In this document: positions 25,969 through 34,208 of the stretch, in pieces
Position numbering within the stretch: position 1 is the first letter of the stretch
Layout of the letters: each line of letters begins with the position of its first letter
Source: Oscillospiraceae bacterium
GTDB taxonomy: Bacteria > Bacillota > Clostridia > Oscillospirales > SIG530
DNA: 48,840 bases
Assembly: GCA_015067075.1 (NCBI GenBank)
Contig: SVND01000016.1
Coordinates: forward strand, 1 to 48,840
Direction: 5' to 3'
Program-made: the position numbers and the translations under genes
Notes under the pieces: model-generated
Seen by the model: the letters and a program-made list of their open reading frames with translations, nothing else
What the model was told of the DNA's origin: nothing
Databases searched by the model: none

Positions 25969-27615
25969 TTATTCAACAGATAAAATATAGTAGTATACAG
26001 GCTGACCGCCCTCAAGAACGTTAATCTCCAGCTTTCCGCCCGTCTTTTCATCAATAAGTGCAGAAAGCTCGTCAGCCTCTTGCTGTGTTATACCGTTACC
26101 GTAGTATATGTTCACGAAAGCCGCATCTTCAAAATACATCATATCGAAAAGCTTTTCTGCCGCTTTCGTTCTGTCATCATCAATAACAGAGACCTTTGTT
26201 TCCAAAATTCCTATCGTCTGACCTTCATTTATAGTGTGATCGTCAAACACAGAATCTCGTACCGCATATGTTACCTGACCTGATTTTACGGTAGCCATCA
26301 TTTCAGTCATAGTTGCCGTATTCGTTTCCTCATCCGCATCGGGATCAAAGGAAAGCAAGCACGTTACGCCCTGCGGAATAGTTTTCGTGGGAATAACAAT
26401 AAGCTTTTTACTGCAAAGCGGTATAGCCATTTCAGCTGCCATGATAATGTTTTTGTTATTCGGGAAGACGTAAATTATTTCAGCGGAAACACTTTCAGCC
26501 GCTTCAAGAATATCCTCCGTGCACGGGTTCATCGTCTGTCCGCCTTCAACGACGCAGTCACAGCCAAGGTCACGAAATACGTTTGCAATACCGTCACCCG
26601 CCGCGATAGATACGACACCGTACTTTTTCTCGGGAGCTTTAGGCGCTTCCTTTTTCTCCGCCGCAGAAGGAGCAGATTGCTCGGACATATTCGTATGCTG
26701 CTCTTTCATATTCTCGATCTTTATCTTTATAAGCTCGCCGAGCTCCAAAGCAGCTTTGAGCGCTTTATCGGGATTGTTCGTATGAACGTGAGTTTTGACT
26801 ATTTCATCGTCGTCAACGATAACGACAGAATCGCCGATAGATTCGATATACGCACGGTATGCAATAACGTCGCCGTCCTTGACCTCGCCTTTTTTAACTA
26901 TCAGATATTCTGTGCAATACGCAAATTTAATATCCTCTGTATCAAACTTTTCAAATACATTTTCATTTTCCGCCATGGGATCGTCGGAATCAACAGCTTC
27001 AACGACTATTCCGTCGCGAAGCGCCAAAAGCATACCTTCCAGGATAACGATAATTCCCCTGCCGCCTGCGTCAACAACGCCTGCCTGCTTAAGTACGGGA
27101 AGCATCTCAGGAGTTTGCTCCAAGGTTTCCTCAGCCGCTGTAAGCATGACTTCAAGCACCTTTATTGGATCGCTTTCCGTTTCAGCGTATTCCACAGCCT
27201 TTTCTGCCGCAACACGGGCAACTGTGAGCATCGTGCCTTCCGTGGGCTTCATTATCGCTTTATATGCCATTGCAACGCCCGCTGTAACTGCCGCCGCAAG
27301 GTCCTTACCGTCAACCTCAGCCTTTCCTTTTATGTGCTTTGCCGCACCTCTGAAAAGCAAAGAAGTAATAACACCTGAATTGCCTCGTGCTCCGCGAAGA
27401 AGAGCCGAGGACGTAATATCAGCGATTTCAGTTGCAGTAGTTTTATTTGTATTTACAATTTCCTTTACAGCCGCCATAACTGTCATGGACATATTTGTTC
27501 CAGTATCGCCGTCCGGTACAGGAAAGACGTTAAGTCGGTTTACAGCATCTTTGTTATTATAGATATTATTCGCGCCGGATATTATCATATCGCGCAGTAT
27601 TTTACCTGTTATCAC
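25969..27615 (-). CDS. yloV: DAK2 domain fusion protein YloV
   Basis: GTG start after AAGGAG. N-terminus …ILRDMIISGANNIYNNKDAVNRLNVFPVPDGDTGTNMSMT matches the Dak2/YloV family. 548 aa with a C-terminal DegV-like half. It lies immediately downstream of the Asp23-family gene, as in the conserved yloU-yloV pair. Confidence 0.85.
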   Translation of the reverse strand: MITGKILRDMIISGANNIYNNKDAVNRLNVFPVPDGDTGTNMSMTVMAAVKEIVNTNKTTATEIADITSSALLRGARGNSGVITSLLFRGAAKHIKGKAEVDGKDLAAAVTAGVAMAYKAIMKPTEGTMLTVARVAAEKAVEYAETESDPIKVLEVMLTAAEETLEQTPEMLPVLKQAGVVDAGGRGIIVILEGMLLALRDGIVVEAVDSDDPMAENENVFEKFDTEDIKFAYCTEYLIVKKGEVKDGDVIAYRAYIESIGDSVVIVDDDEIVKTHVHTNNPDKALKAALELGELIKIKIENMKEQHTNMSEQSAPSAAEKKEAPKAPEKKYGVVSIAAGDGIANVFRDLGCDCVVEGGQTMNPCTEDILEAAESVSAEIIYVFPNNKNIIMAAEMAIPLCSKKLIVIPTKTIPQGVTCLLSFDPDADEETNTATMTEMMATVKSGQVTYAVRDSVFDDHTINEGQTIGILETKVSVIDDDRTKAAEKLFDMMYFEDAAFVNIYYGNGITQQEADELSALIDEKTGGKLEINVLEGGQPVYYYILSVE

Positions 27616-27649
27616 AGCAGTTTTCTCCTTTTCTTTCGATCGGGTTGTT

Positions 27650-28000
27650 TTATTCGACTCGCATGGAGTCTATAAAGACTTTGCATGATGCCGGACGAGT
27701 TCCAAGCTCCCTTTCAATTGCATAGGAAACTTCGTTCTCAATACTTTTCGCAATTGCACTGAGATTATATCCGTAGCTAACGATAATATGAATATCGATC
27801 GCTAAGCCTTCAGGTGTAGACGTTACCTTAACACCTTTTTCAATTCTGTCTTTTTTGAGCAATGAAACGATTCCGTCCGCCGCATCCGAAAGAGCCATAC
27901 CGACAACTCCGAAGCAGCTTGTTGCCGCATTGCCGACTATTTTCGCAACAACATCGGTTGCAATATAAATATTTCCATATTCTTTTTCGTATTTGATCAT
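27650..28000 (-). CDS. yloU: Asp23/Gls24 family (alkaline shock protein 23-like) protein
   Basis: 116 aa. GNIYIATDVVAKIVGNAATSCFGVVGM is the Asp23 family pattern. It sits in the conserved position upstream of yloV. Confidence 0.85.
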   Translation of the reverse strand: MIKYEKEYGNIYIATDVVAKIVGNAATSCFGVVGMALSDAADGIVSLLKKDRIEKGVKVTSTPEGLAIDIHIIVSYGYNLSAIAKSIENEVSYAIERELGTRPASCKVFIDSMRVE

Positions 28001-28163
28001 AGCTTTTTTCCTTTCGCAACGGGTCTTATATATCTATCATACGCAGACATACAGTATTATTTTACACCATTTTGCACAAATACACAAGACTTTTTTTCGC
28101 AATATTCAAAAAATATGCTGTTTTTCGTTTTTTTTCGTCTTGCTTTTCTTGTTTTGATGTTTT

Positions 28164-28985
28164 TTAGTCTATCTTTTCAATAATTTCAGCTTTACCGTTT
28201 GAATTTATTATTATTTTTCTCGGACAAGCCTCGGCGCATTTTCCGCATCCCGTGCATTTTTCCCAGTCTATTTTAGCAAGATTATCAGTTACCGCTATTG
28301 CGCCGGCTTCGCATTTTTTCTCGCATATTTTACATCCGATACACCCGATTGTGCACGCTTTTTTAACCTGCACACCCTTTTCCTTCGAGCTGCAGCTAAC
28401 CCATGTCGTTGCCGTTTTCGGAATTATATGTATCACGTGACGTGGACATGCCTTTGCGCACGAGCCGCATCCTCCGCATTTTTCCGCATCAACAACTGCA
28501 ACTCCGCCAATCACAGATATAGCTTTAAAGCTACACGCAGAAACGCAGTCGCCCTTACCCAAGCACGCAAAGGAGCAAAGCTTATCTCCGCCGCCCAAAC
28601 GCATTACAGCTGCACAGCTTTCATAGCCATCGTATATATACTTTTTCTCTGCGCACTCATCGCTTCCGCTACACATTACGCACGCACGCTTTTCTACGGT
28701 ATCTCCAGCATCACAGCCCATTATCTGCGCAACAGCCTGTGCTGTTTTTGCACCGCCTGCGCTGCATCCGTTCACCTTCGCCTCACCGTTTACAACTGCT
28801 TGCGCAAAAGCTCCGCATCCCGCAAACCCGCATCCGCCGCAGTTTGCACCGGGTAAGCATTCCGTTATTTTTTCAATTCGTTCATCTGTTTGCACAGCGA
28901 AAAATTTCGATGCCACAGCCAGAATTATTCCAAAAATAAGTCCACACCCTGCAAGCACCGCTACAGCGATCAAAATCTCTGTCAT
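28164..28985 (-). CDS. rnfB: Rnf electron transport complex subunit B (polyferredoxin)
   Basis: N-terminal TM, then the GANCGGCGFAGCGAFA motif, then multiple CxxCxxCxxxCP 4Fe-4S ferredoxin motifs. It is the last gene of the rnf cluster. Confidence 0.85.
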   Translation of the reverse strand: MTEILIAVAVLAGCGLIFGIILAVASKFFAVQTDERIEKITECLPGANCGGCGFAGCGAFAQAVVNGEAKVNGCSAGGAKTAQAVAQIMGCDAGDTVEKRACVMCSGSDECAEKKYIYDGYESCAAVMRLGGGDKLCSFACLGKGDCVSACSFKAISVIGGVAVVDAEKCGGCGSCAKACPRHVIHIIPKTATTWVSCSSKEKGVQVKKACTIGCIGCKICEKKCEAGAIAVTDNLAKIDWEKCTGCGKCAEACPRKIIINSNGKAEIIEKID

Positions 28986-29008
28986 TTCATGTTATCCTTT
29001 CTATTTTA

Positions 29009-29593
29009 TCAGCCGATTGAAAGTCCGCTGAATCCCATGAATGCCAATGCAAGCATACCTGCCGATATAAGTGCCGCAGGTATACCCTCAAACGCTTTTG
29101 GCACGCCGCACATTTCCACACGCTCGCGCACTACGGAGAAAAGCAGTATCGCAAGCGTAAAGCCTATACCTGCACAGCAGCCGTAGATAACGGCTTCCAA
29201 AAACGTTGCCAGCTCCGTATTTATAAGCGTTACACCAAGCACGGCGCAGTTTGTTGTTATAAGCGGAAGGTATATGCCGAGCGCCCTATAAAGAGGCGGC
29301 ATATACTTTTTCATAAACATTTCCACAAACTGCACAAGTCCAGCAATTATAAGGATGAATGCCACGGTCTGCATATATTCCAAGCCAAACGGCACGAGTA
29401 ACAGGTCGTTTACAAGATACGTTACAGCCGATGAAAGCGTCATAACAAATATTACAGCCATGCCCATTCCAAATGCCGTAGACGGCTTTTTCGACACACC
29501 TAAAAAGGGGCATATTCCAAGGAACTGCACAAGAACAAAGTTTTCAATCAATATTGCACCAAGGGCAAGAGATAAAATACTGAAAAAATTCAT
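29009..29593 (-). CDS. rnfA: Rnf complex subunit A
   Basis: MNFFSILSLALGAILIENFVLVQFLGICPFLGVSKK is the RnfA signature. 194 aa, polytopic. Confidence 0.9.
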   Translation of the reverse strand: MNFFSILSLALGAILIENFVLVQFLGICPFLGVSKKPSTAFGMGMAVIFVMTLSSAVTYLVNDLLLVPFGLEYMQTVAFILIIAGLVQFVEMFMKKYMPPLYRALGIYLPLITTNCAVLGVTLINTELATFLEAVIYGCCAGIGFTLAILLFSVVRERVEMCGVPKAFEGIPAALISAGMLALAFMGFSGLSIG

Positions 29594-29610
29594 CTTATAT
29601 CATTCCTCCT

Positions 29611-30231
29611 TTAACCGTTCTTTTTCTCGTCTTTTTTAGCTGACTTTTTGCTTTTTATGGCGTTTACAGCGGCTATCAAACATCCAAGCGTGAAAAATCC
29701 GCCTGCAGGCAGAATAAGCGCAGGGACATTAAAGCCTTCCGGAAGTATACGAAGATCAAAAAGCGTTCCATTTCCCAAAAGCTCACGTACCGCAGACATT
29801 ATCACCAGTGCCGCAGTAAATCCAAGCCCCATTCCAATTCCGTCAAGCGCCGACGCACCAACAGAATTCTTAGATGCAAAAGCTTCAGCTCGCGCCAAAA
29901 TTATGCAGTTTACAACGATAAGCGGTATAAAAATACCCAAAGACGCCGAAAGGCTCTCTGCATACGCCTTCAAAAGAAGGTCTACTACAGTTACAAATCC
30001 CGCTATAACAACTATATAAGCAGCAATACGTATTTTATCGGGGATAAGCTTTCTTATAAGTGAGATTACCACGTTGGAGCAAATAAGCACAGCAGTTGTA
30101 GCAAGACCCATTCCAAGACCGTTCATTACCGATGTAGTTACTGCCAGCGTTGCGCACATTCCGAGCACTTGAACGAAAACGGGATTTTCATCAATTATTC
30201 CTTTTTTCAAATAAGCCAAAAATGTCTTCAT
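29611..30231 (-). CDS. rnfE: Rnf complex subunit E
   Basis: NPVFVQVLGMCATLAVTT is the RnfE signature. 206 aa. Confidence 0.9.
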   Translation of the reverse strand: MKTFLAYLKKGIIDENPVFVQVLGMCATLAVTTSVMNGLGMGLATTAVLICSNVVISLIRKLIPDKIRIAAYIVVIAGFVTVVDLLLKAYAESLSASLGIFIPLIVVNCIILARAEAFASKNSVGASALDGIGMGLGFTAALVIMSAVRELLGNGTLFDLRILPEGFNVPALILPAGGFFTLGCLIAAVNAIKSKKSAKKDEKKNG

Positions 30232-30962
30232 TGTTCAAAGCTCCTTCCGCTGAATTCCGCAAGGGCTATGTTTACACCCAATGTTACAGCCTTTGACGTT
30301 ACCGTCGCGCCGCTTATTGCAGATATCTCGCCCTCAGCGCTTTCGCCTTTAACGACAGTAAAAGCACCCTCACCTTTGTATTGGGACAAAAATTCCTCCT
30401 TTACTGCCAAAGCGCCAAGCCCCGCCGTCTCTGCATGGGCAACTATCTTCACGCCCGACACCTCGCCGTCAGCTGTGATACCTACGATAAGCGATATATC
30501 GTCCTGTGATCCCTTTACGGTAACGCTGATACATTTTCCAACAGCTTCACTTCCGTTTTTCGCCGCATATATCTCCGTTATCTCGGAATTTTTAAAAGCT
30601 ACATCTTCTTTTTCATACGTTTGCGCCGCAAGGACTTGATTTCTCGCTTCGTCTGCCTTTTCTTTTTGTATCAAAGCAATTTTATCCCTTGTCAAAAGGT
30701 TGACACCTGCAAGCAAAACAGACACAGCAACGCATATTATAACGAGAGTGTAAACGAGTCTTACCTGCTCACTCTTAAGAAAGCTTACGAGCTTATTTTC
30801 AGCTCTGTCATCCGTCAGCGTTTGCTCAAATAGCCGCTCGACCTCAGCTTCCGTTTCATCCTCCTGCGCTATCTGTGGCTCTGTAAGAAGCTCCTTATTT
30901 TCCTGCGCTTGCTGATAGTCAAATGCATTCATTTCATCCATTGAGCTTCTCCCCCTTTCCAT
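30228..30962 (-). CDS. rnfG: Rnf complex subunit G (FMN-binding), with an unusually long acidic N-terminal tail
   Basis: The C-terminal SGATVTSKAV FMN-attachment motif is present. There is one TM. About 60 acidic residues precede the TM. An alternative start at MDEMNAF (30941) would give an 8-nt overlap with rnfD. Confidence 0.8.
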   Translation of the reverse strand: MERGRSSMDEMNAFDYQQAQENKELLTEPQIAQEDETEAEVERLFEQTLTDDRAENKLVSFLKSEQVRLVYTLVIICVAVSVLLAGVNLLTRDKIALIQKEKADEARNQVLAAQTYEKEDVAFKNSEITEIYAAKNGSEAVGKCISVTVKGSQDDISLIVGITADGEVSGVKIVAHAETAGLGALAVKEEFLSQYKGEGAFTVVKGESAEGEISAISGATVTSKAVTLGVNIALAEFSGRSFEQ

Positions 30963-31917
30963 AGCGCTTTGGTCTTCCTATTTTATCAAAAGTCCACGCG
31001 AGAGTATTCATTATCAAAATAGAATATGACACGCCCTCCGCATAGCTTCCGAAATACCTTATGAACACGGTCAAAAGTCCGCAACCAACACCGTAAAAAA
31101 GCTTTCCTCTGCTTGTAAGAGGAGATGTTGCGTAATCCGTCGCCATGAATATTGCGCCCAGCAATAAGCCGCCTGAAAGCACCTCGTAAAGCACTGCGTC
31201 AACAGGGCTTGACGTGCGTGGAAAAGCAAGAGCAAGCACAGCCACCGTGCCGATATATGCCACGGGAATGTGCCACGTTATTACCTTTCTAAAAAGCAAA
31301 TAAGCTCCGCCTATCAATATCAGTATGGAGCAAGTCTCACCGAGAGCACCTGCCGTATTCCCAAGGAAAAGATCCAATACGCTCGCTTCCGGCATGGTGC
31401 CTTCTTTCAAAAAAGACAAGGTAGTTGCTGAAGACACAGCATCTACGTTATCTGAAAATGCTTTTTGCATCCATACAAGCGGCTTTGTAAAGCTCGTCAT
31501 CTGCACAGCCCACGTCATAAGGAAAACACGCGCCACAAGAGCTGGGTTCATAAAGTTTCTTCCAAGTCCGCCAAAAAGCTGTTTCGTTACGACTATGGCA
31601 ATAAATCCGCCAACCACAGGCATCCAAAGGGGGGCCGATACGGGAAGATTAAATCCAATAAGCATTCCCGTAACAACAGCCGAAAGATCGCCTATTGTAT
31701 TGCTTTTTTTCATCAGCCTTCGTATTGCCCACTCAAAAGCCATGCATGATACAACAGATATTCCAACCATTAAAAGCGCTCGCAAGCCGAAATAGAATAT
31801 GCTTGCCGCCAAAATCGGAATCATCGCTATGATTACGTCGCGCATTATAACTGTTACAGTTTCATCGCTTCGCATATGAGGCGATGACGACACCACAAGC
31901 TTTTTATCAAAATCCAT
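30934..31917 (-). CDS. rnfD: Rnf complex subunit D
   Basis: 327 aa, polytopic, with the RnfD/NqrB-type pattern (…LGGLGRNFMNPALVARVFL…) and the conserved position between rnfC and rnfG. Confidence 0.9.
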   Translation of the reverse strand: MDFDKKLVVSSSPHMRSDETVTVIMRDVIIAMIPILAASIFYFGLRALLMVGISVVSCMAFEWAIRRLMKKSNTIGDLSAVVTGMLIGFNLPVSAPLWMPVVGGFIAIVVTKQLFGGLGRNFMNPALVARVFLMTWAVQMTSFTKPLVWMQKAFSDNVDAVSSATTLSFLKEGTMPEASVLDLFLGNTAGALGETCSILILIGGAYLLFRKVITWHIPVAYIGTVAVLALAFPRTSSPVDAVLYEVLSGGLLLGAIFMATDYATSPLTSRGKLFYGVGCGLLTVFIRYFGSYAEGVSYSILIMNTLAWTFDKIGRPKRYGKGEKLNG

Positions 31918-31949
31918 CTAAATCACTCTTTCTAACAAAAAAACAAATT

Positions 31950-33266
31950 CTATTTCTTAACACCGTCTTTTATCTTCTGCTTCGTCGTTCTGAAAATATG
32001 CACAAGCGGTATATTGGCAGGGCACGAATACGCACAGCATCCGCATTCAATGCAGTCCATTATATTCTGCTTTTCACATTCAGCCACGTTTCCGTGAAGA
32101 GCATGCATTCCGATAATGGATGGGAGCAATCTCATGGGACACGCTCTGACGCACCGTCCGCATCTTATACAGCTATTTACGGGATCAGGTCTGTCATCAT
32201 TTTCATCCAAGGCAAGAACTGATGACACCCCTTTTGTTACAGGTACCTGTAAGCTGTTTTGTGCCGTTCCCATCATCGGACCGCCTATTACTATTTTATA
32301 CGGAGTTTTAATAAATCCGCCGCAAGCTTCAAACAGCTTTTCTATCGGCGTTCCAACGCGGACAGCAAGGTTCTTGGGCACTTTTACGTTCGAACCGGAT
32401 ACGGTGACTATTCGCTGTATAACGGGCATACCCGTGTAATACGCGTTCCATATTGCTCTGCACGTTTCCACGTTAAAAACAATACAGCCAACGTCTGCAG
32501 GCAACTTTCCGCCCGGAAGTTCTTTTCCCGTAAGCACTTTTATAAGCTGCTTTTCTCCGCCCTGCGGATATTTCGTTTTAAGCACGCGCACTTTTATTTT
32601 AGAATTGTTTCCCACGGCATCGCTCAGTGCTTTTGCCGCATCAGGCTTATTCTCCTCTATTCCAATAAATACACGTTTTATCTTCAGCGTAGCCGCAACA
32701 AGCTTTATACCGTTAAGCACGTCCCTTGTATACTCGACCATAACTCTATGGTCAGATGTTATATACGGCTCGCATTCCGACGCATTTACTATAAGTGTGT
32801 CCACTTTGCCGATTGCAGATCTTATCTTTACATGGGCAGGAAACGTCGCACCGCCCAATCCGACTATACCCGCATCGCGCGCTATCTGCGCCAGATCCTC
32901 ACCTGTAAGCTCCTCGGGGCTTTTTGGATACGGCTTAACCGTTTCGGCATATTCATCCTTGCCGTCATTTTCAATAACGATGCACATTCCTTCTCCGCCG
33001 TTCGTTACAGGTCGCATCTCTACTGCCATTACCTTGCCTGAAACAGATGAAAATATAGGAGCGGAAACAAAAGCATCACTATCACCGATCTTTTGACCGA
33101 TTTTCACCTCGTCGCCGACCTTTACCGTCGGCTCACATGGTGCACCTATATGCTGGGATAAGGGGTAAATATATGTATCAGTCGACTCAAGCTTTTCAAT
33201 AGCTTTCTGCGCCGTATTCTCTTTGCTGTCATGGGGGTGAACTCCACCCTTAAACGTATAAACCAT
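31950..33266 (-). CDS. rnfC: Rnf complex subunit C (NADH-binding, 2x[4Fe-4S])
   Basis: 438 aa. N-terminus MVYTFKGGVHP, a C-terminal CIRCGRCVRACP…CIECGCCAYSCP ferredoxin pair, and an SD GAGAGGA. Confidence 0.9.
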   Translation of the reverse strand: MVYTFKGGVHPHDSKENTAQKAIEKLESTDTYIYPLSQHIGAPCEPTVKVGDEVKIGQKIGDSDAFVSAPIFSSVSGKVMAVEMRPVTNGGEGMCIVIENDGKDEYAETVKPYPKSPEELTGEDLAQIARDAGIVGLGGATFPAHVKIRSAIGKVDTLIVNASECEPYITSDHRVMVEYTRDVLNGIKLVAATLKIKRVFIGIEENKPDAAKALSDAVGNNSKIKVRVLKTKYPQGGEKQLIKVLTGKELPGGKLPADVGCIVFNVETCRAIWNAYYTGMPVIQRIVTVSGSNVKVPKNLAVRVGTPIEKLFEACGGFIKTPYKIVIGGPMMGTAQNSLQVPVTKGVSSVLALDENDDRPDPVNSCIRCGRCVRACPMRLLPSIIGMHALHGNVAECEKQNIMDCIECGCCAYSCPANIPLVHIFRTTKQKIKDGVKK

Positions 33267-33355
33267 CGTCTATATCCTCTCTTGCCATAAATTGAGTGTT
33301 TCTTTTTGTGCCAAACAGTGATAAAATAAAGTAAAACAGATCGGGGGGAATAAAA

Positions 33356-33895
33356 ATGAATTATTTGACTCATTCCGACAGCAGTCTTTCGCTATTTCTG
33401 AGCGTTTCCGACATGTCCGCTTTCGGTGTTGACAGCTCGTCAATCGACTATTCCAACGAACACACAAGAAAAATGCTCCGCTTTTATATTGAGCTTGCAA
33501 AATCAGAAACGAGCTTTTCTGAAAAACGTCCGATTCTTTTAGAGTGCTTTCCTCAAAAAAACGGCGGATGCATTGTCAAAATAACAAGCTCCGCTTCCGA
33601 CAGTACATCTACAGTTTATGTTGCATCGGGAGATTTCAGCTCTCTTTTGCTCTTCGCAAATGCCATTTCCAACAAACACCGTCATATCGAATTCACTATT
33701 TGGCGTACAGAAAGCGGATTGGCGCTGTCTTTCAGCGGTGCTCAAGAAAACGATCTCAATTCAGTTTGCCTTATATGTAAAGAATTTTGCGCGCTGCACA
33801 GTTACAGCAAGCGTGCTTTTTCCGTTTTCACAGAGCACGCTGATTTACTTTTCACCTGTGACGCCGCTTTTCTCGCTTCTTACATAATCACCTGA
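33356..33895 (+). CDS. Hypothetical protein (179 aa), weak resemblance to MecA-type adaptor proteins
   Basis: ATG after a G-rich SD. No clear motif. The MecA similarity is low-confidence pattern-level only. Confidence 0.4.
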   Translation: MNYLTHSDSSLSLFLSVSDMSAFGVDSSSIDYSNEHTRKMLRFYIELAKSETSFSEKRPILLECFPQKNGGCIVKITSSASDSTSTVYVASGDFSSLLLFANAISNKHRHIEFTIWRTESGLALSFSGAQENDLNSVCLICKEFCALHSYSKRAFSVFTEHADLLFTCDAAFLASYIIT

Positions 33896-33981
33896 AGTAC
33901 CATCGGTAAGATCATAAGAGCCGCCAAAACAAGAGCGATCACCATTATAATTATTCTTTTATACTTTGCAAAAAAGTCCAT
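33880..33981 (-). CDS. Putative 33-aa hydrophobic micro-protein (MDFFAKYKRIIIMVIALVLAALMILPMVLQVIM)
   Basis: Not in the ORF track because it is under 60 aa. ATG at 33979-33981 is preceded by a perfect GGAGG SD with 7-nt spacing. It has a single predicted TM helix and a TAA stop at 33880-33882. It overlaps the 3' end of the convergent 33356..33895 gene by 16 nt. Confidence 0.4.
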   Translation of the reverse strand: MDFFAKYKRIIIMVIALVLAALMILPMVLQVIM

Positions 33982-34208
33982 TTTTGTTCCTCCTGAAAAT
34001 TAGGTTATATTATATTATACTACATTATTACTATAATTGCAAACATTTTTTTGCCGTTCTCATTTTCTGAAAGCTTTCCTTACTGATATTTCATTTTCTT
34101 GCACATTTTCTTTTTCGTGATTTTTGCAATATATTTTTGTATTTATGCAATAGACAGCGTCGGTACTTTATGATAAAATAAATATATACCTTATGAAAGG
34201 ATGTTTTT

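Noticed and set aside
26677-27562. Two overlapping plus-strand ORFs (233 and 255 aa) inside yloV
   Set aside because: Antisense to yloV, whose identity is unambiguous. Ser/Thr/Ala-rich low-complexity translations typical of antisense frames.
32259-33096. 260-aa and 163-aa plus-strand ORFs opposite rnfC
   Set aside because: Antisense artefacts within the rnfC coding region. The rnfC frame carries the ferredoxin and NADH-binding motifs.
33356-33895. Assignment of the 179-aa protein as the competence/adaptor protein MecA
   Set aside because: The resemblance is only a vague compositional and length similarity. No conserved MecA motif could be aligned by eye, so it is kept as hypothetical.
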